Positions 1 to 13,012 of a DNA stretch of 64,000 nt are shown piece after piece. How positions within the stretch are numbered: position 1 is the stretch's first letter; every line of letters begins with the position of its first letter. The DNA is from an uncultured Planctomycetaceae bacterium (GTDB lineage Bacteria > Planctomycetota > Planctomycetia > Planctomycetales > Planctomycetaceae). The notes under the pieces are model-generated. The model was given only the letters and a program-made list of their open reading frames with translations, was not told where the DNA came from and did no database searches. Location: assembly GCA_963813715.1 (NCBI GenBank), contig CAWFAK010000009.1, forward strand, positions 32,001-96,000. The letters are read 5' to 3'. Made by a program: the position numbers and the translations under genes.

Positions 1-11
1 ACGCCGTTCAC

Positions 12-26
12 GCAAACCGCGTGCCC
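12..26 (-). promoter_or_regulatory. Candidate sigma-54 (-24/-12) promoter pointing out of the window
   Basis: Minus strand reads GGGCACGCGGTTTGC (GG-N10-GC), divergent from the sigma-54 activator gene. Confidence 0.55.
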
Positions 27-249
27 CCATCCTGAGGGCTGCATAAACCGGCACAATCGGCCGGTTCGCACCGACAAAACGGACAAATAGGCAGACTGGG
101 GCCCCAAACGGCTCGCCTCCGCAGTCAGAAAATCCAGGAAGGCACGGAAAATCTGTTATATTTCCTGGGAATGGCTCATCGGCTGGATGCGCCTTTTGGA
201 TCCCCGGCTGATCGATGCCTACAGGACGAGTCGCGAGGGAAACCCGAAC

Positions 250-1881
<1,632 letters not shown>

Positions 1882-1921
1882 CGGATAAGCGAATCGCCGG
1901 GCTCGAACTCTCCGACCGCGC

Positions 1922-3329
1922 CTACGCGAAAATCTCCGTCACCACATTGCCGGCGACGTCCGTCAGGCGAAAGTCGCGGCCGGCGTAGCGGTAGGTCAGC
2001 TGCTCGTGGTCGAGGCCCATCAGGGCCAGGAGCGTGGCGTGCAGATCGGTCGTGTGCATGCGGCCGTCGACGGCGCGGATGCCATACTCGTCGGTGCTGC
2101 CGTACGAATAGCCGGCCTTTACGCCGGCGCCGGCCAGCCACATCGGATAGCCGGTGATGTTGTGGTCGCGGCCGTCGGGACCTTGCGCCGTCGGCAGGCG
2201 ACCGAACTCGCTGCCGAAGAGGACGAGCGTATCCTCGAGCAGGCCCCGCTGCTCGAGATCGGTCAGCAGCGCGGCCGTCGGCTGGTCGGTCATGCGGCTC
2301 TGCGAGATCAACCCTTTGTGCAAATTCGAGTGGTGGTCCCAGCCCGACTGGCAGACCTCGACGAAGCGCACGCCCGCCTCGCTCAGGCGCCGGGCCATCA
2401 GGCACTGCCGGGCGAAGCTCCCCTCCGGGCCCGGCTTCACGCCGTAGGCCTCGCGTACGGCTTCCGGCTCGCGGGAGATGTCGAGCAGGTTGGCGACTTT
2501 GCCCTCCATGCGAAACGCCAACTCGAACGATTGGATCACGCCGTCGAGTTCGTCGGGGGCGCCGGGGCTGGCGGCCAGGTCGCGATTCATCGCCTGGATC
2601 AAGTCGATCTGGCGGCGCTGCAGTCCGCGGGCCGTCTGCGCCCGCAGGTTGGGCATCTCGCCCGGTGTCGTTGATCCGCGTGCCTTGAAAGTGGGCCGGC
2701 AGAAACGCGCTGCCGTAGTTGAGGGCGCCGCCGAAATTCGGGGGCGGGTTGATCGTGATGTAGCCGGGCAGATCCTGGTTCTCGGTCCCCAGCCCGTAGA
2801 GCAGCCAGGCCCCCATTGACGGCCGCACGAGCGTGGCGTTCATCGCGCCGGTGTGCAGCTGCACGACGGCTTGTGGATGGGCCGGCGTGTCGGTGTGCAG
2901 TCCGCGAATGAAGCAGAGCTGATCGACTTTCTGCGCCACGTGCGGATAAAGTTCGGAAACCCACGTGCCGGTCTGCCCGTGCTGGGCGAAGCGAAATTTC
3001 GAGCCGGTGAGGGTGCCGCCGCCGGGGCCGACCTTGCCGTGATCAGCCTGCAGCTTCGGCTTGTATTCCCACGTATCGACCTGCGACGTGGCCCCTTCCA
3101 TGAAGAGGAAGATGATCCGCTTGGCCTTCACGCGCAACTGCGGCGGCTTGGGGGCGAGCAGTGCGCCGGCCGATGGACGCGAGACGCCGGCGGTCGCGCG
3201 GCGCGGGGCCGTTTGACCCAAGAGCCCGGCGAGCGCGACCAGACCGAAACCGCCGCTCGCGCTTTTGAGCGCTTGTCGGCGGGAGAAAACAGGATTCGCA
3301 GGCAGCCAGGGAAGCGGAGAACGGGACAT
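1922..3329 (-). CDS. DUF1501 family protein with Tat-like leader; frameshift near 2660
   Basis: SRRQALK leader, KAKRIIFLFMEG, RPSMGAWLLYGLGTENQDLPGY, ARRLSEAGVRFVEV, GWDHH, SEFGRLP, GRDFRLTDVAG; split over two ORFs. Confidence 0.88.
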
Positions 3330-3360
3330 TGCTCGGACCTTTGGCGGATCGAGCCCAGCA

Positions 3361-6124
3361 TTAACGGACATAACGAAACTCGGCCGCGCTCAATAATGCC
3401 TGACAAAAACTCTGCCACGCCACCGTGCGCGGATCGACGGACGACGACGCTTGTGCCGCGCTCGACTGTTCGACGTGCGGTTGTTCGACGCTCAACTGCG
3501 GGCGCGGCCCCGCGGTCGGCTTGCTCGAACGAACCACGGTCTGACTCACTTTGCGAATCGCCGGCCGGGCATTCTTGGACCGATTGGTTTTGGTGGGAGC
3601 CGTCTTGCTCGGCGAGGTTTTGCCGGCGACTTTCGCGGTTCGCGGGGCTTGTTGTCCGTCGTTGACGGCGACGGCGTAGGCCGCGAGGTAATCGGCGGCC
3701 CGCGCGGTCTCGGTTCCGCGGGCCGGGCGACCGAACACGAGGCGATAGGCCCGATCGATCCGCTCGGCGTCGGAGCGTTGCGTGGCGGCGAGCAACTGCG
3801 CGGCGAGTGCCTGCGACTCGGTCCGCACAAACGGATCGTTGAGCAGATAGAGGGCCTGTGGCGCGACGGTCGTCGTGTCGCGGGCGCCGGTCACCATTCC
3901 CTGCTCGGCAAAATCGAAGGCCGCCAGCGAATTGGGCGTCAGCCCGCGCAATAGCGGCAGGTAAACGCTGCGATGACGGCTGGCGGCGGCCGCGGCGGCC
4001 ATGCGTTGTGCCGGCGGGCCGTTGTTGGCCAGCTCGATCACCGGCAACTGCATCGCGGGCGAACCGACGGGCCGCGACAGATCGAGCTGGCCGGCGACGG
4101 CTAGCGTCGCGTCGCGAATTTCCTCCGCATCGAGCCGTCGCGGACTGTGCCGCCAGACGAGCCGATTATCCGGATCGATGCTCTCGGGCTCTGCCGGCGC
4201 GCTCGCGCTCAGCCGATAGGCCCGCGTGAGCATGATCGAACGGACGAGTTTCTTGAGCGACCAGCCGTCGCGAATCAGGCGATTCGCGAGGTGATCGAGC
4301 AGCTCGAGATGCGAAGGGACATCCCCGTTGATGCCGAAGTTGTCGACCGTCTTCACCAGCCCGCTGCCGAACAGATGGTGCCAGACGCGATTGACGATCA
4401 CCCGCGAGACGAGCGGATTCTGCGGACTGGTGAGCCACTGGGCCAGCTCGAGCCGGCCGCTGTGCCCCGGTGCGATCGTGGGCTGGCCGGCGAAGTGGAC
4501 CACGCTCAAGAAGCCGCGGGGAACGACGGCGCCGTGCTTTTCCGCCTCGCCACGAATGCGGATGGCCGCGTCGGCGACGATGGCGGCGTCGCGTGCTCCC
4601 TGCGCCACGGGTCCGTAGCCCGCCGGATCGGTCACGCGGGCCATTTGCGCTTGCAGCTCCTTCACTTTCTGACGGGCCCTCGCGCAGTTTGGCCGGATCT
4701 TTGGCCGCCTTCGCGGCGTCGAGCTCGTCGCGGGCCCGGCCCAGGTCGCGCCGCAAGCTGCGGATCTGCTCCGACGACGGCGGCGCCGCGCCGGTCCGAG
4801 GTGCCAGCGGCAGGAGCAGCCGCGGTTCGTAATAGTCGAGGTTTCCGCCTCCCATCTGGTTGCGGAGGGCCGCGCACAGGTCGCTGCTCTGGAAAATGCC
4901 GGCCAGGGCGTAATAGTCGGCCGTGGGGATCGGGTCGAATTTGTGATCGTGGCAGCGGGCGCAGCTGGCGGTGAGCGCCAGCGTGGACCGCGTCACCGTG
5001 TCGATCTGCTCGTCGATGTTGTCCATCACGAAGCGGACTTTGAACCGCTGGTTGACATCCTTCACGCCGACCGCGAGAAAGCCGGTGGCGATCAGGTGCT
5101 CGGCCCGTTCGGCCGCGGTCTTCCCCGGCAAGAGGTCGCCGGCGATCTGCTCGCGGAGAAATTCGTCGTAGGGCTTGTCGGCATTGAGAGCGTTGATGAC
5201 ATAGTCGCGATAGCGCCAGGCATGCGGATACGGCAGGTTCCGCGCCGAGCCCGTCGATTCGCCGTAGCGGGCCACGTCCAGCCAGTGCCGGCCCCAGCGT
5301 TCGCCGAAGGCGGGCGAAGCCAGCAAGCGGTCGACGAGCCGCTCGAACGCGGTGTCGGACTGATCGGCGAGAAAGGCGTCGATCTCGGCGAGCGTCGGCG
5401 GCAGACCGGTCAGGTCGAAGGTTGCCCGGCGGATGAGGGTCCGCTTGTCGGCGTCGGGCACCGGCTTGAGTCCCCGCTCGGTCATCCGCGCGAGCAGGAA
5501 ACGATCGATGGGGTCGCGCGCCCAGTCGGCGTCGCGGACGACCGGAACTTTTGGATCGCGGAGGGGCTGCCAGGCCCAGTGCTCTTTTCGCAACTTGGCA
5601 TAGTCGGCGACGATTTGCCGATCCGTCGCGACGGCTTCGACGCGGGTCCAGGCGGCCCCGTCACGAATCCACTGCTTCAAGATGGCGACGTCGGCCGCGG
5701 CCAGCGGTCGCTCGGGCGGCATCTTCAATTCGCCAACGCGAGTGACGGCCTTGATCAGCAGGCTCTCGTCCGGTTTGAAGGAAATCACCGCCGGCCCGCG
5801 ACTGCCGCCAGTGAGCAGGCCGTTGCGATCGTCGACGCGAAGGCCGCCGCGGGAATTCGTGTCGGCCGAGTGGCACGTGTAGCAGTTGGCGACCAACAGC
5901 GGCCGCACGCGCTTCTCGAAGAATTCGACAGCCGCTGCGTCGTTCGCGTTCACATCGTTCTTAGCCGCGTGGTGGCGAGCCGGCGGTTTGGCGATCGCCT
6001 GCGCGGGAACGAGAGCCGAGCTCAGCGTGCAAAGCGCGAGCGGAAGCACGGCAGCGAAAATGGAGCGAGTGGACACTCGGCAGCGGAGGCCGGCGTTCGG
6101 CAGTCGTCTTCCGAATTGCCGCAT
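3361..6124 (-). CDS. PSD1/planctomycete cytochrome c protein (DUF1549 + DUF1553); frameshift near 4670
   Basis: FFEKRVRPLL..CYTCH, HWAWQP, GERWGRHWLDVARY, CARCHDHKFDPI, RVIVNRVWHHLFG, PQALYLLN. Confidence 0.9.
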
Positions 6125-6493
6125 GGCAACGCCTTCTGGAAGGCCGCGATCACTTACGGGCGGGACGGACGCGTACGGGTGAGAGCCAGCGCGAGGCAGG
6201 TGAGTCAGCAGGGCTTACCAACAGGATCTTATCAACAGCGTGCCATTGAACAGCTTCCCATTAAACCGTGAGTCAGCCTAAACAGCGAGTCTGCGTCGGA
6301 GGGCACGTCGGAGAGCAACTTGCGGAGCCCCCGAGTGCCCGCGATTTGTCTAACGCCGGCTCGGCTCGAAACCGACCGTGGCTCCGCGGATCTAACCATC
6401 GGCTCTTTCCGCAGGCAGTTTTGGCTCTTCCGATTCGGCCGGCTACGCCGACGCAATTCGTGCGGTTGACGGCCTGGCGATTCGGAAGATAGA

Positions 6494-6524
6494 TTAAATA
6501 TTACCAAGTAGACTAGTGCGATAT
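6494..6524. promoter_or_regulatory. AT-rich candidate operator, shared with 23367-23397
   Basis: TTAAATATTACCAAGTAGACTAGTGCGATAT; 21/31 identical, ungapped, to the box upstream of the encapsulin operon. Confidence 0.45.
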
Positions 6525-6639
6525 ACAATCCCGGGTGTCACTTTTCAGCCTCGGATTGTCCAGATTTCAAAGGAGAAACCATGCAGCCAAAACGACTTGC
6601 GAACAATCAGCCAAAGGAGCCTGGCTGTGCCGCAACTCA

Positions 6640-6998
6640 TGCAATGCAATCAAAATACGGTCAGTTGGGGGCTAGTTTCAACGCTTAAATCGGGCTGGAG
6701 CCCGGTCTTTGCCGGGATCCTGGTCTACGTCGGCGCAGTCTCGTTTTACGACGGTTACCTGGTGATTCGCACGGGCGACATGATTCGCGACATGGAGAAA
6801 AACCCAGTCGGCCTCGCGCTCATCGACTACAACGGCGGCGATCCGTCGCTGTTCCTGGAGGCCAAGGCCGCGGGGACGCTCGTGGTGCTGTTCGCACTCG
6901 ACGTGCTCAATCGGCGGAGTGCACGGATTGCCCGCCCGGTGGCGCTGGCCGTCGCCCTGTTTCAAAGCGGCTTATTGGTTTTTTTGGAGACCTGTTGA
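6640..6998 (+). CDS. Small membrane protein (DUF5658-like)
   Basis: Three hydrophobic segments and an EKNP motif; start uncertain. Confidence 0.55.
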
Positions 6999-7075
6999 CG
7001 CGCCGGCCTGCCGCAGAGAGCCCTAGCGCATTTCTCGAATAGACGCACGCTGCACCCTCGCAGCGCGAATCGTCT

Positions 7076-8055
7076 ATGCAGCCTATGAAGGATCCGGCTA
7101 TGTCCCTATCGACAGAACCTGTCGCGCAGGCCGCGGCGCCTGCGCCTCCCGTTGATCGCACGATGGAGGCCGTGGTGGCCGAACTGCGCGAGCTGCGGAA
7201 CGCGTCGCTCGCCGCGCGGCGTCGCTCTTCGAACCCGCTCAAGCTGCCGTCGCGCAAGTCGCTCAACGCGATCGTCGAGGGGCTGAGCACGGTGCTCTTT
7301 CCCAATCGGCTCGGCTCGCGGCAGCTAGCCCACGAAAGCATCGACTATTACGTCGGCCACACTCTCGACGATTCGTGCCGCGACCTCGTCGAACAGGTCG
7401 CGCTCGAGCTGCAGTTTGTCGGTGAACAGACCGACCCGCGCTGGCGGCCGCAAGGCGGAGGAGCTGGTCCGCGATTTCGCCCGCGGTCTGCCGCAAATTC
7501 GCCGATTGCTCGAGGCCGACATTCTGGCCGCTTACGAGGGGGACCCGGCCGCGCGAAGCATCGACGAAGTGCTGGCCTGCTACCCGGGTATCACGGCCAT
7601 CATCCACTACCGGCTGGCGCACTGCGCTACACGAGTTGGGGCTTCCGCTGATCGCGCGGATGATTGCCGAAATCGCCCACTCGGCAACGGGGATCGACAT
7701 CCATCCGGGCGCGCAGATCGGCAGTAGCTTTTTCATCGATCACGGTACGGGCGTCGTCATCGGCGAGACGGCCGTCCTGGGCGAGCGGGTGCGGCTCTAT
7801 CACGGCGTGACGCTCGGCGCCAAACGCTTCACCGTCGATGAGAGCGGCGTCCTGGTCAAAGGCACGGCCCGGCATCCGATCGTCGAAGACGACGTGGTGA
7901 TCTACGCCGGCGCCACGATCCTCGGCCGCGTGACAATCGGCCGCGGCTCAATCATCGGCGGCAACGTCTGGCTCACGCACAGCATCCCGCCAGGCAGCCA
8001 AATCTCGCAAGCCGCGCTGCGTGTCGAAGTCTTCGACGACGGCTCGGGGATCTGA
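7076..8055 (+). CDS. cysE: Serine O-acetyltransferase (EpsC/CysE type); frameshifts near 7440 and 7625
   Basis: [70 protein letters not shown]. Confidence 0.92.
7915..8055 (+). repeat. 141-bp direct repeat, copy 1 (3' end of cysE)
   Basis: 128/141 identical, ungapped, to 12243-12383 by manual alignment. Confidence 0.95.
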
Positions 8056-8087
8056 AGACCGGACGACACTGCCCTGAACGCGAGCAA

Positions 8088-11000
8088 CTATTTCGGCGAC
8101 CACTCGGCCAGGAAGGCTTTGAGCTTCGGAACCGAGTAGTCGTCGTCGATTTCGAAGGCCTTCGTGTCGTCGTTCTTCAGCACTTTTCCGCTGGCATCGA
8201 GAACCGCCAAGTGGGGGATGCTGTTTTGTTGCCGCTTGGGCACGTACTTTTCTTGAAGTTGGCGGCCGCTTTCCGTACTCGGTGTTGACGAACACCAACA
8301 CGAAGTTTTTCTTTAATGCCGCTGAGACCTCGGCGTTCTCCTTCAAGCACGGACTCCCAGAACGCAACATTCGGAGCACCAATTGGCTCCAAACACAATC
8401 AGCACCCGCTTGTTCGTTTCCCGCGCGAGTTTGAACGCCGCGTCGAGGTCGGCCGTCGCATCGGCAAACGGATCATAAACCAGTTTGTGCTTCGGTTTCG
8501 GGCGTGCTTTTTCCTTCGCTTCCTTCGCCGCGACGATCGGCCTCCGTTTCGCCAGCGCCAAGGCCGCTCGCGCGGCTTTCCGGCGTGCCTCGAGCGGGTC
8601 GATCCGCCAGTCTTGGACTTTCACGTCGGGGGATGCTCGATCTTGAAGATCGGACGCTGGGATCGGTTGATTGATCGTGAAATCGGTGACGGTGTCGGTT
8701 ATCGGGTTGCAAATCGCTCCGCCCATTCCGACGGTCGAATCCGTCCAGCCGGTTGGAGCCCACCCGCACGTCGGATCGGCCCTGTAGGAAATATCCAGCC
8801 GTTCTCGATCTTCGCCGTTGAGCGATGCGGTGCTGCCGCAACGGGATATAGTCGCGGGCCGGATCAAGCCAATACGACAGCTGCATTCCGGGATTCGAAT
8901 CGGTTTCGATGACCACGCACGCAGACGTTGCCGATTTGTCCCCTTTTGCTTGCGGACGCGGAACTTGGCGGGATCCCGCATTTCGGCAACGCCGCATGCC
9001 TCCGAAGTTCGCGTCGAACGGGCGGAATACGAGCATCAGATAACGGTCGCCGGCTGCCCACGTCATTACGCTCCGGTTGGAGCCGGCCGTGATGTTCAGG
9101 ATCCCGCCAGGCCACCGCGGGTTGTCGCTGAGGGACAGCGTCGCCCGTGGCGAAGCCATCGAACACGGTTTTCGATTGATGAATCGGCCACCCTCTTTTG
9201 CCCCAGACATTGCGATCGTCGCGTCCCTTTTGGTCGGGCGGCGACGTGGGCTGCCAGTGCGGCGTTTTGAATTCCGACATGAACTTCTCGCCATCGACGC
9301 AGAAGCGTGTTGATCGTTTTGCTCGCGCCGTCCCGGCGCCAGGTGTACTTGAAGCGCTTCGCTTTGGCTTGTCTTTGCAGCCACGCTTCGGCGATCGCGT
9401 TGAGGGTGCCCCGCGCCTCGTCGGGAGGAAGCATTCCGGACTGGTCGTCACGTCTCGTAAATCGGCAGATCGACGCTCGCGTCGTAAACCTGCGTCCCAG
9501 GGGGATAGTCCGCGGCGAAAGTTGCGTCCGGCAGTTTTTTGTTGACCATGTGGCGGGTCACCGTCGCCTCGAATGATGCCGCCCGCCTGCCGGGGCCCGC
9601 CGCAAGTCGCCACGACCACCGCTCTGGCAGCCATTCGTGGTCAGGACCTTGTTGCACGTCGATGGCGACATCGAGGGGAGCCAATTCGCGTTGTCGTCGC
9701 TCCCAACGCACAACGCTGTAAGTCGCGCTGCGGGTCGACCCAGCACCGCTCGGAATGATCCACTTTGTCCATCTGGAGTTCGATGCAGTGCACATTGCCG
9801 AGGAGCGTGTCCTCGGCGAGGACCCGGCAGTTCTCCGGCGACCAATTGGAAGCGGTACTCGAGGGGCGCAGTGCCAGGCGCAGCGGAGTCAAATCGATCT
9901 CGAGATCCTCGAAGAGGTAATCCCCTGAGCTCGACATATCGGACGGATGCTTGACCGGGACCTTGCGCCAGATGGCGATCCTCGGCGCCTCGCCGAGCGT
10001 GCTGGGCACATGCAAGCGGGAGTTCACGCTGCCCGCCTGGGTAATACGGAAACGTCCAGTCTCTTTCCAACCCTCGACCGCGCTGTAGACGAAACTCAGT
10101 GAAATCGCTTCGCAGGCGGTCCAGCCCCTCGCTCGACCATTCCGACTGCGGGACTGTGAATTCCACGTCGTTGTCTTTATCCAGAGTCACATTCCCTTTG
10201 TCCACGCCGGCAAGCCCCCGTAAACGGACAATTCGGAAACTCATAGCCCTTGGGCAAAGCGACGCGGAGATTCCAGGCAAAGTAGAACGACTTGATGCGT
10301 TCCTCCCGCGCCTTCCAGGCGGCGAAGACTTTGCGCAGGCGTCGCGCGATTTGGCGGCGGGTTGAGCCTCATTCACTCCTTGGGTCGCTGCCGAACCGAT
10401 CGTCGGGGATTCTTGCGGCTTTGTCGGCGCGGGGGAGGGCTGCACTTGCGCGGCGGCCGCTTTCGGAGGGGCCGCTTTCGGCGGCTCCGCTTGCGAAGGG
10501 ACGAACGCCAGTCCGCCCAGGACGGCGATCGCGGCGGTGGCGATGGAAACGGTTAAAGCCGCGCATCGGCGCGACAGGCCGGTCCGAAAGACGTGCCGTC
10601 GCACGGCTGCGATCCGCCTCTCGACCGACGAGACGCGGGCCATCGCCAGGCCGGGAGCGGCGCCGGCCTCTGTAATCCGCAGCGTCAAACGGGCCAACGT
10701 GCGGCCGTAAATGCCGGCGTCTCCCACATAGTCGCTCGCGAGCGCATCGCAGACGGCGTCGCAGGCGTCGGCGTGAGCCAGCCTCATTCGCCAGGCCAGT
10801 GGATGAAACCAGAGCCCGATCGCCAGCGCGTTGAGCCAGGCATTCCAGAAGAGATCGCCCCCTTTGAGATGGGCCAGCTCATGCGCGAGAATCGCCGGCA
10901 GCTCGTCGCTGTATTGCGATTCGCATTGCCGCGTGGGCAGCAGAATCATCGGCCCCAACACTCCGACGAGGCACGGGGTTTGGAGCGACTGCGTCTGCCG

Positions 11001-11702
11001 CAGCTCGAAACGGCGGGCGATCCCCATCGCACTGGCCACGCGGGCCGACTCGCACTGAACCCAATCGGGAACCAAGCCGGCGCTCGCGCGAATGGCTCTG
11101 AGCCGTAACAGACCGATGATTGTCATGAACGCGCACAGCCCCGCGCCCGCGCACCAGAGAGCGAGCAGCCAAAACGCAGATGGCCGCCAGGCAACCCCTG
11201 CCGGTTTGTCGTCCGAAAAAGCCGGCTGCTTTTCCGGCATCGCATCGACTGCGCACGGGGCGGCGAGTGTCCGATCAGCGTGTGCAGTTCGAGGACGAGC
11301 GAGGCGGGGTGTCCCGTCGGCGCCGTCGGGATCGGTCAATTGCTCCGCCTCGGTCGCAGTCGCGTCAGATGCCGCCGGAATGCGGCGGTTCGGGTCGCGG
11401 AGTTCCGCGCGGTCCTCCAGCGACGTCGCAGGATTGGCGGCGTCGCCGGCCGCCAACTCAGGCGTCGGTCCCGGCAGAATCGCCAGACGCACAAAGGGCG
11501 GAGAGATCGCCAAGACGCAAAGCAGCACAATCGCGCTTCCCGTAACGCGCCACACAAGCACGCGCCAGCGCGGATTGAGGCGTCCGAGCGCCGCCTGAAC
11601 GAGCCACGCAGCCGCCAATAGCAGCGTGATCTTGGCGAGCAACATGGGAATCGCCCCCAATTCCGCCGGAACCACAACGAGCCGAGCGAAGTGTGCGTTC
11701 AT
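8088..11702 (-). CDS. BlaR1/MecR1-type M56 peptidase with long extracytoplasmic region and C-terminal thioredoxin-like domain; several frameshifts
   Basis: N-terminal TM helices, ILAHELAHLK, LWFHPLAW; C-terminal KRVLIVFGANWCSEC and IPHLAVLDASGK...LKAFLAEWSPK* (stop 8088-8090); overlaps the blaI-like gene. Confidence 0.78.
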
Positions 11703-12103
11703 CTCGTTCTCCTCGTCCGCGGACGCGTTCGGGCGGGCGGGGATTCCTCTTCCTCCGCCAGCCGCTTGAGCCGCAACAGTTCCGCCTCGGACAGCCGCTC
11801 GGACTTGATGAGGGCCATCAAGAGCGCTTGCGGCGAGCCCTCGCAGTAGCTGTTGATGATTTCCTTGAGCGTGCGGAGAAAGGCCGATTCGCGCTTGGTT
11901 TTGGCCTTGTAGAAGTAGGCCTTGCCGACCTGCCGCCGCGTGACATGCCCTTTTTCGACGAGAATCGAAAGGTAGGACCGCAGCGCGGCGTTCTTGATCG
12001 GCCGGGGAAAGCGGCGTTGAATCTCCGCGGGCTTGAGCTCGCCGTGTTCCCAGAGAATCCGGATCACATCGAGCTCGCCGGTCGTCAACGGAATTGTCGG
12101 CAT
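11699..12103 (-). CDS. BlaI/MecI/CopY family repressor
   Basis: LTTGELDVIRILWEHG, LSILVEKGHVTR, YFY, LSEAELLRLK; GGAGG RBS before ATG at 12103. Confidence 0.92.
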   Translation of the reverse strand: MPTIPLTTGELDVIRILWEHGELKPAEIQRRFPRPIKNAALRSYLSILVEKGHVTRRQVGKAYFYKAKTKRESAFLRTLKEIINSYCEGSPQALLMALIKSERLSEAELLRLKRLAEEEESPPARTRPRTRRTR

Positions 12104-12125
12104 GCGAACCTCCCTAAGGACGACA

Positions 12126-12182
12126 TGCAGGCTAATCTGCACATTGGTGGCAGTCAAGTGATGTGCAGAGCATTCTGCACAT
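12126..12182 (-). promoter_or_regulatory. Sigma-70 promoter of blaI with two palindromic operators
   Basis: TTGACT(12157-12152)-N17-TAGCCT(12134-12129); TGCAG-N6-CTGCA at 12126-12141 and 12164-12179. Confidence 0.7.
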
Positions 12183-12242
12183 TGATGTCTTTGAATGTCG
12201 TGTTGCCTCCATGCGTGGGCTTAAACGTAAGGGCCGACGCGG

Positions 12243-12383
12243 ACCATCCTCGGCCGCGTGAGGATCGGCCGCGGCTCAATCATCGGCGGCAACGTCTGGC
12301 TCACGCGCAGCATCGCGCCACGCAGCCAAATCTCGCAAGCCACCCTCCGCAGCGAAGTCTTCGACGACGGCTCGGGGATCTCA
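12243..12383 (+). pseudogene. Orphan duplicate of the cysE 3' end (direct repeat copy 2)
   Basis: Encodes [46 protein letters not shown] with no upstream cysE sequence; stop TGA changed to TCA. Confidence 0.9.
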
Positions 12384-13012
12384 ACGCTACGGCCGCGCAG
12401 GCGCGGCGGCCGGGATCGCCGCCAGGGCCGAACGCATGCGGCTTGCCGAGCTTGGTCTACGTAGAAGCACCGATGGCGCGGCGGCAAGATCGCAACAGTT
12501 TCCGCAATCTCTGGAATCGCCGCAGCTTCATTGTTGATTTCTGTTCACGGCCGAGTTACGCATGGCAGTCACCATCTCGCGATCGGGAAAGACTCGCGTC
12601 ACTTTGATCGCGCCCTTTCACACCCCAACTCGCGCCTTGCGATTTCCGTCCAACGCGGCGGTTTCGGCGCTCAATTGGAATGCGCAGATGGTCAATCTCA
12701 GTCTGGCCGCGACATTCGGGAGCGTCCCGCCGACGAAACGACGTGATCGCAGTCTCGGAAGCGACTCCCGGCCTGCTCGTTCTCGAGCTCGATGCGGTCT
12801 TCCCGATCGTCGTGTGACTTCCCGCGCGTGCCGGCAACACGCGCCTTTCCGAAGACCAGAACGACGCAGACTTTGGAAAGCTGTCCCTGCCGACTCCGCC
12901 CCAGGCACGTTGCGCATGACGATCTCTGCGGGCCCGACTGATCTGGTGATTGTGTCGTCCATCTTTGCGCTCTTGTTTGTGATGGCTCCGGCCGCAAAAA
13001 GGAAACAGAACC

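Noticed and set aside
12400..13010. ORFs between the cysE remnant and the phosphoesterase gene
   Set aside because: No recognisable domain or convincing coding signal
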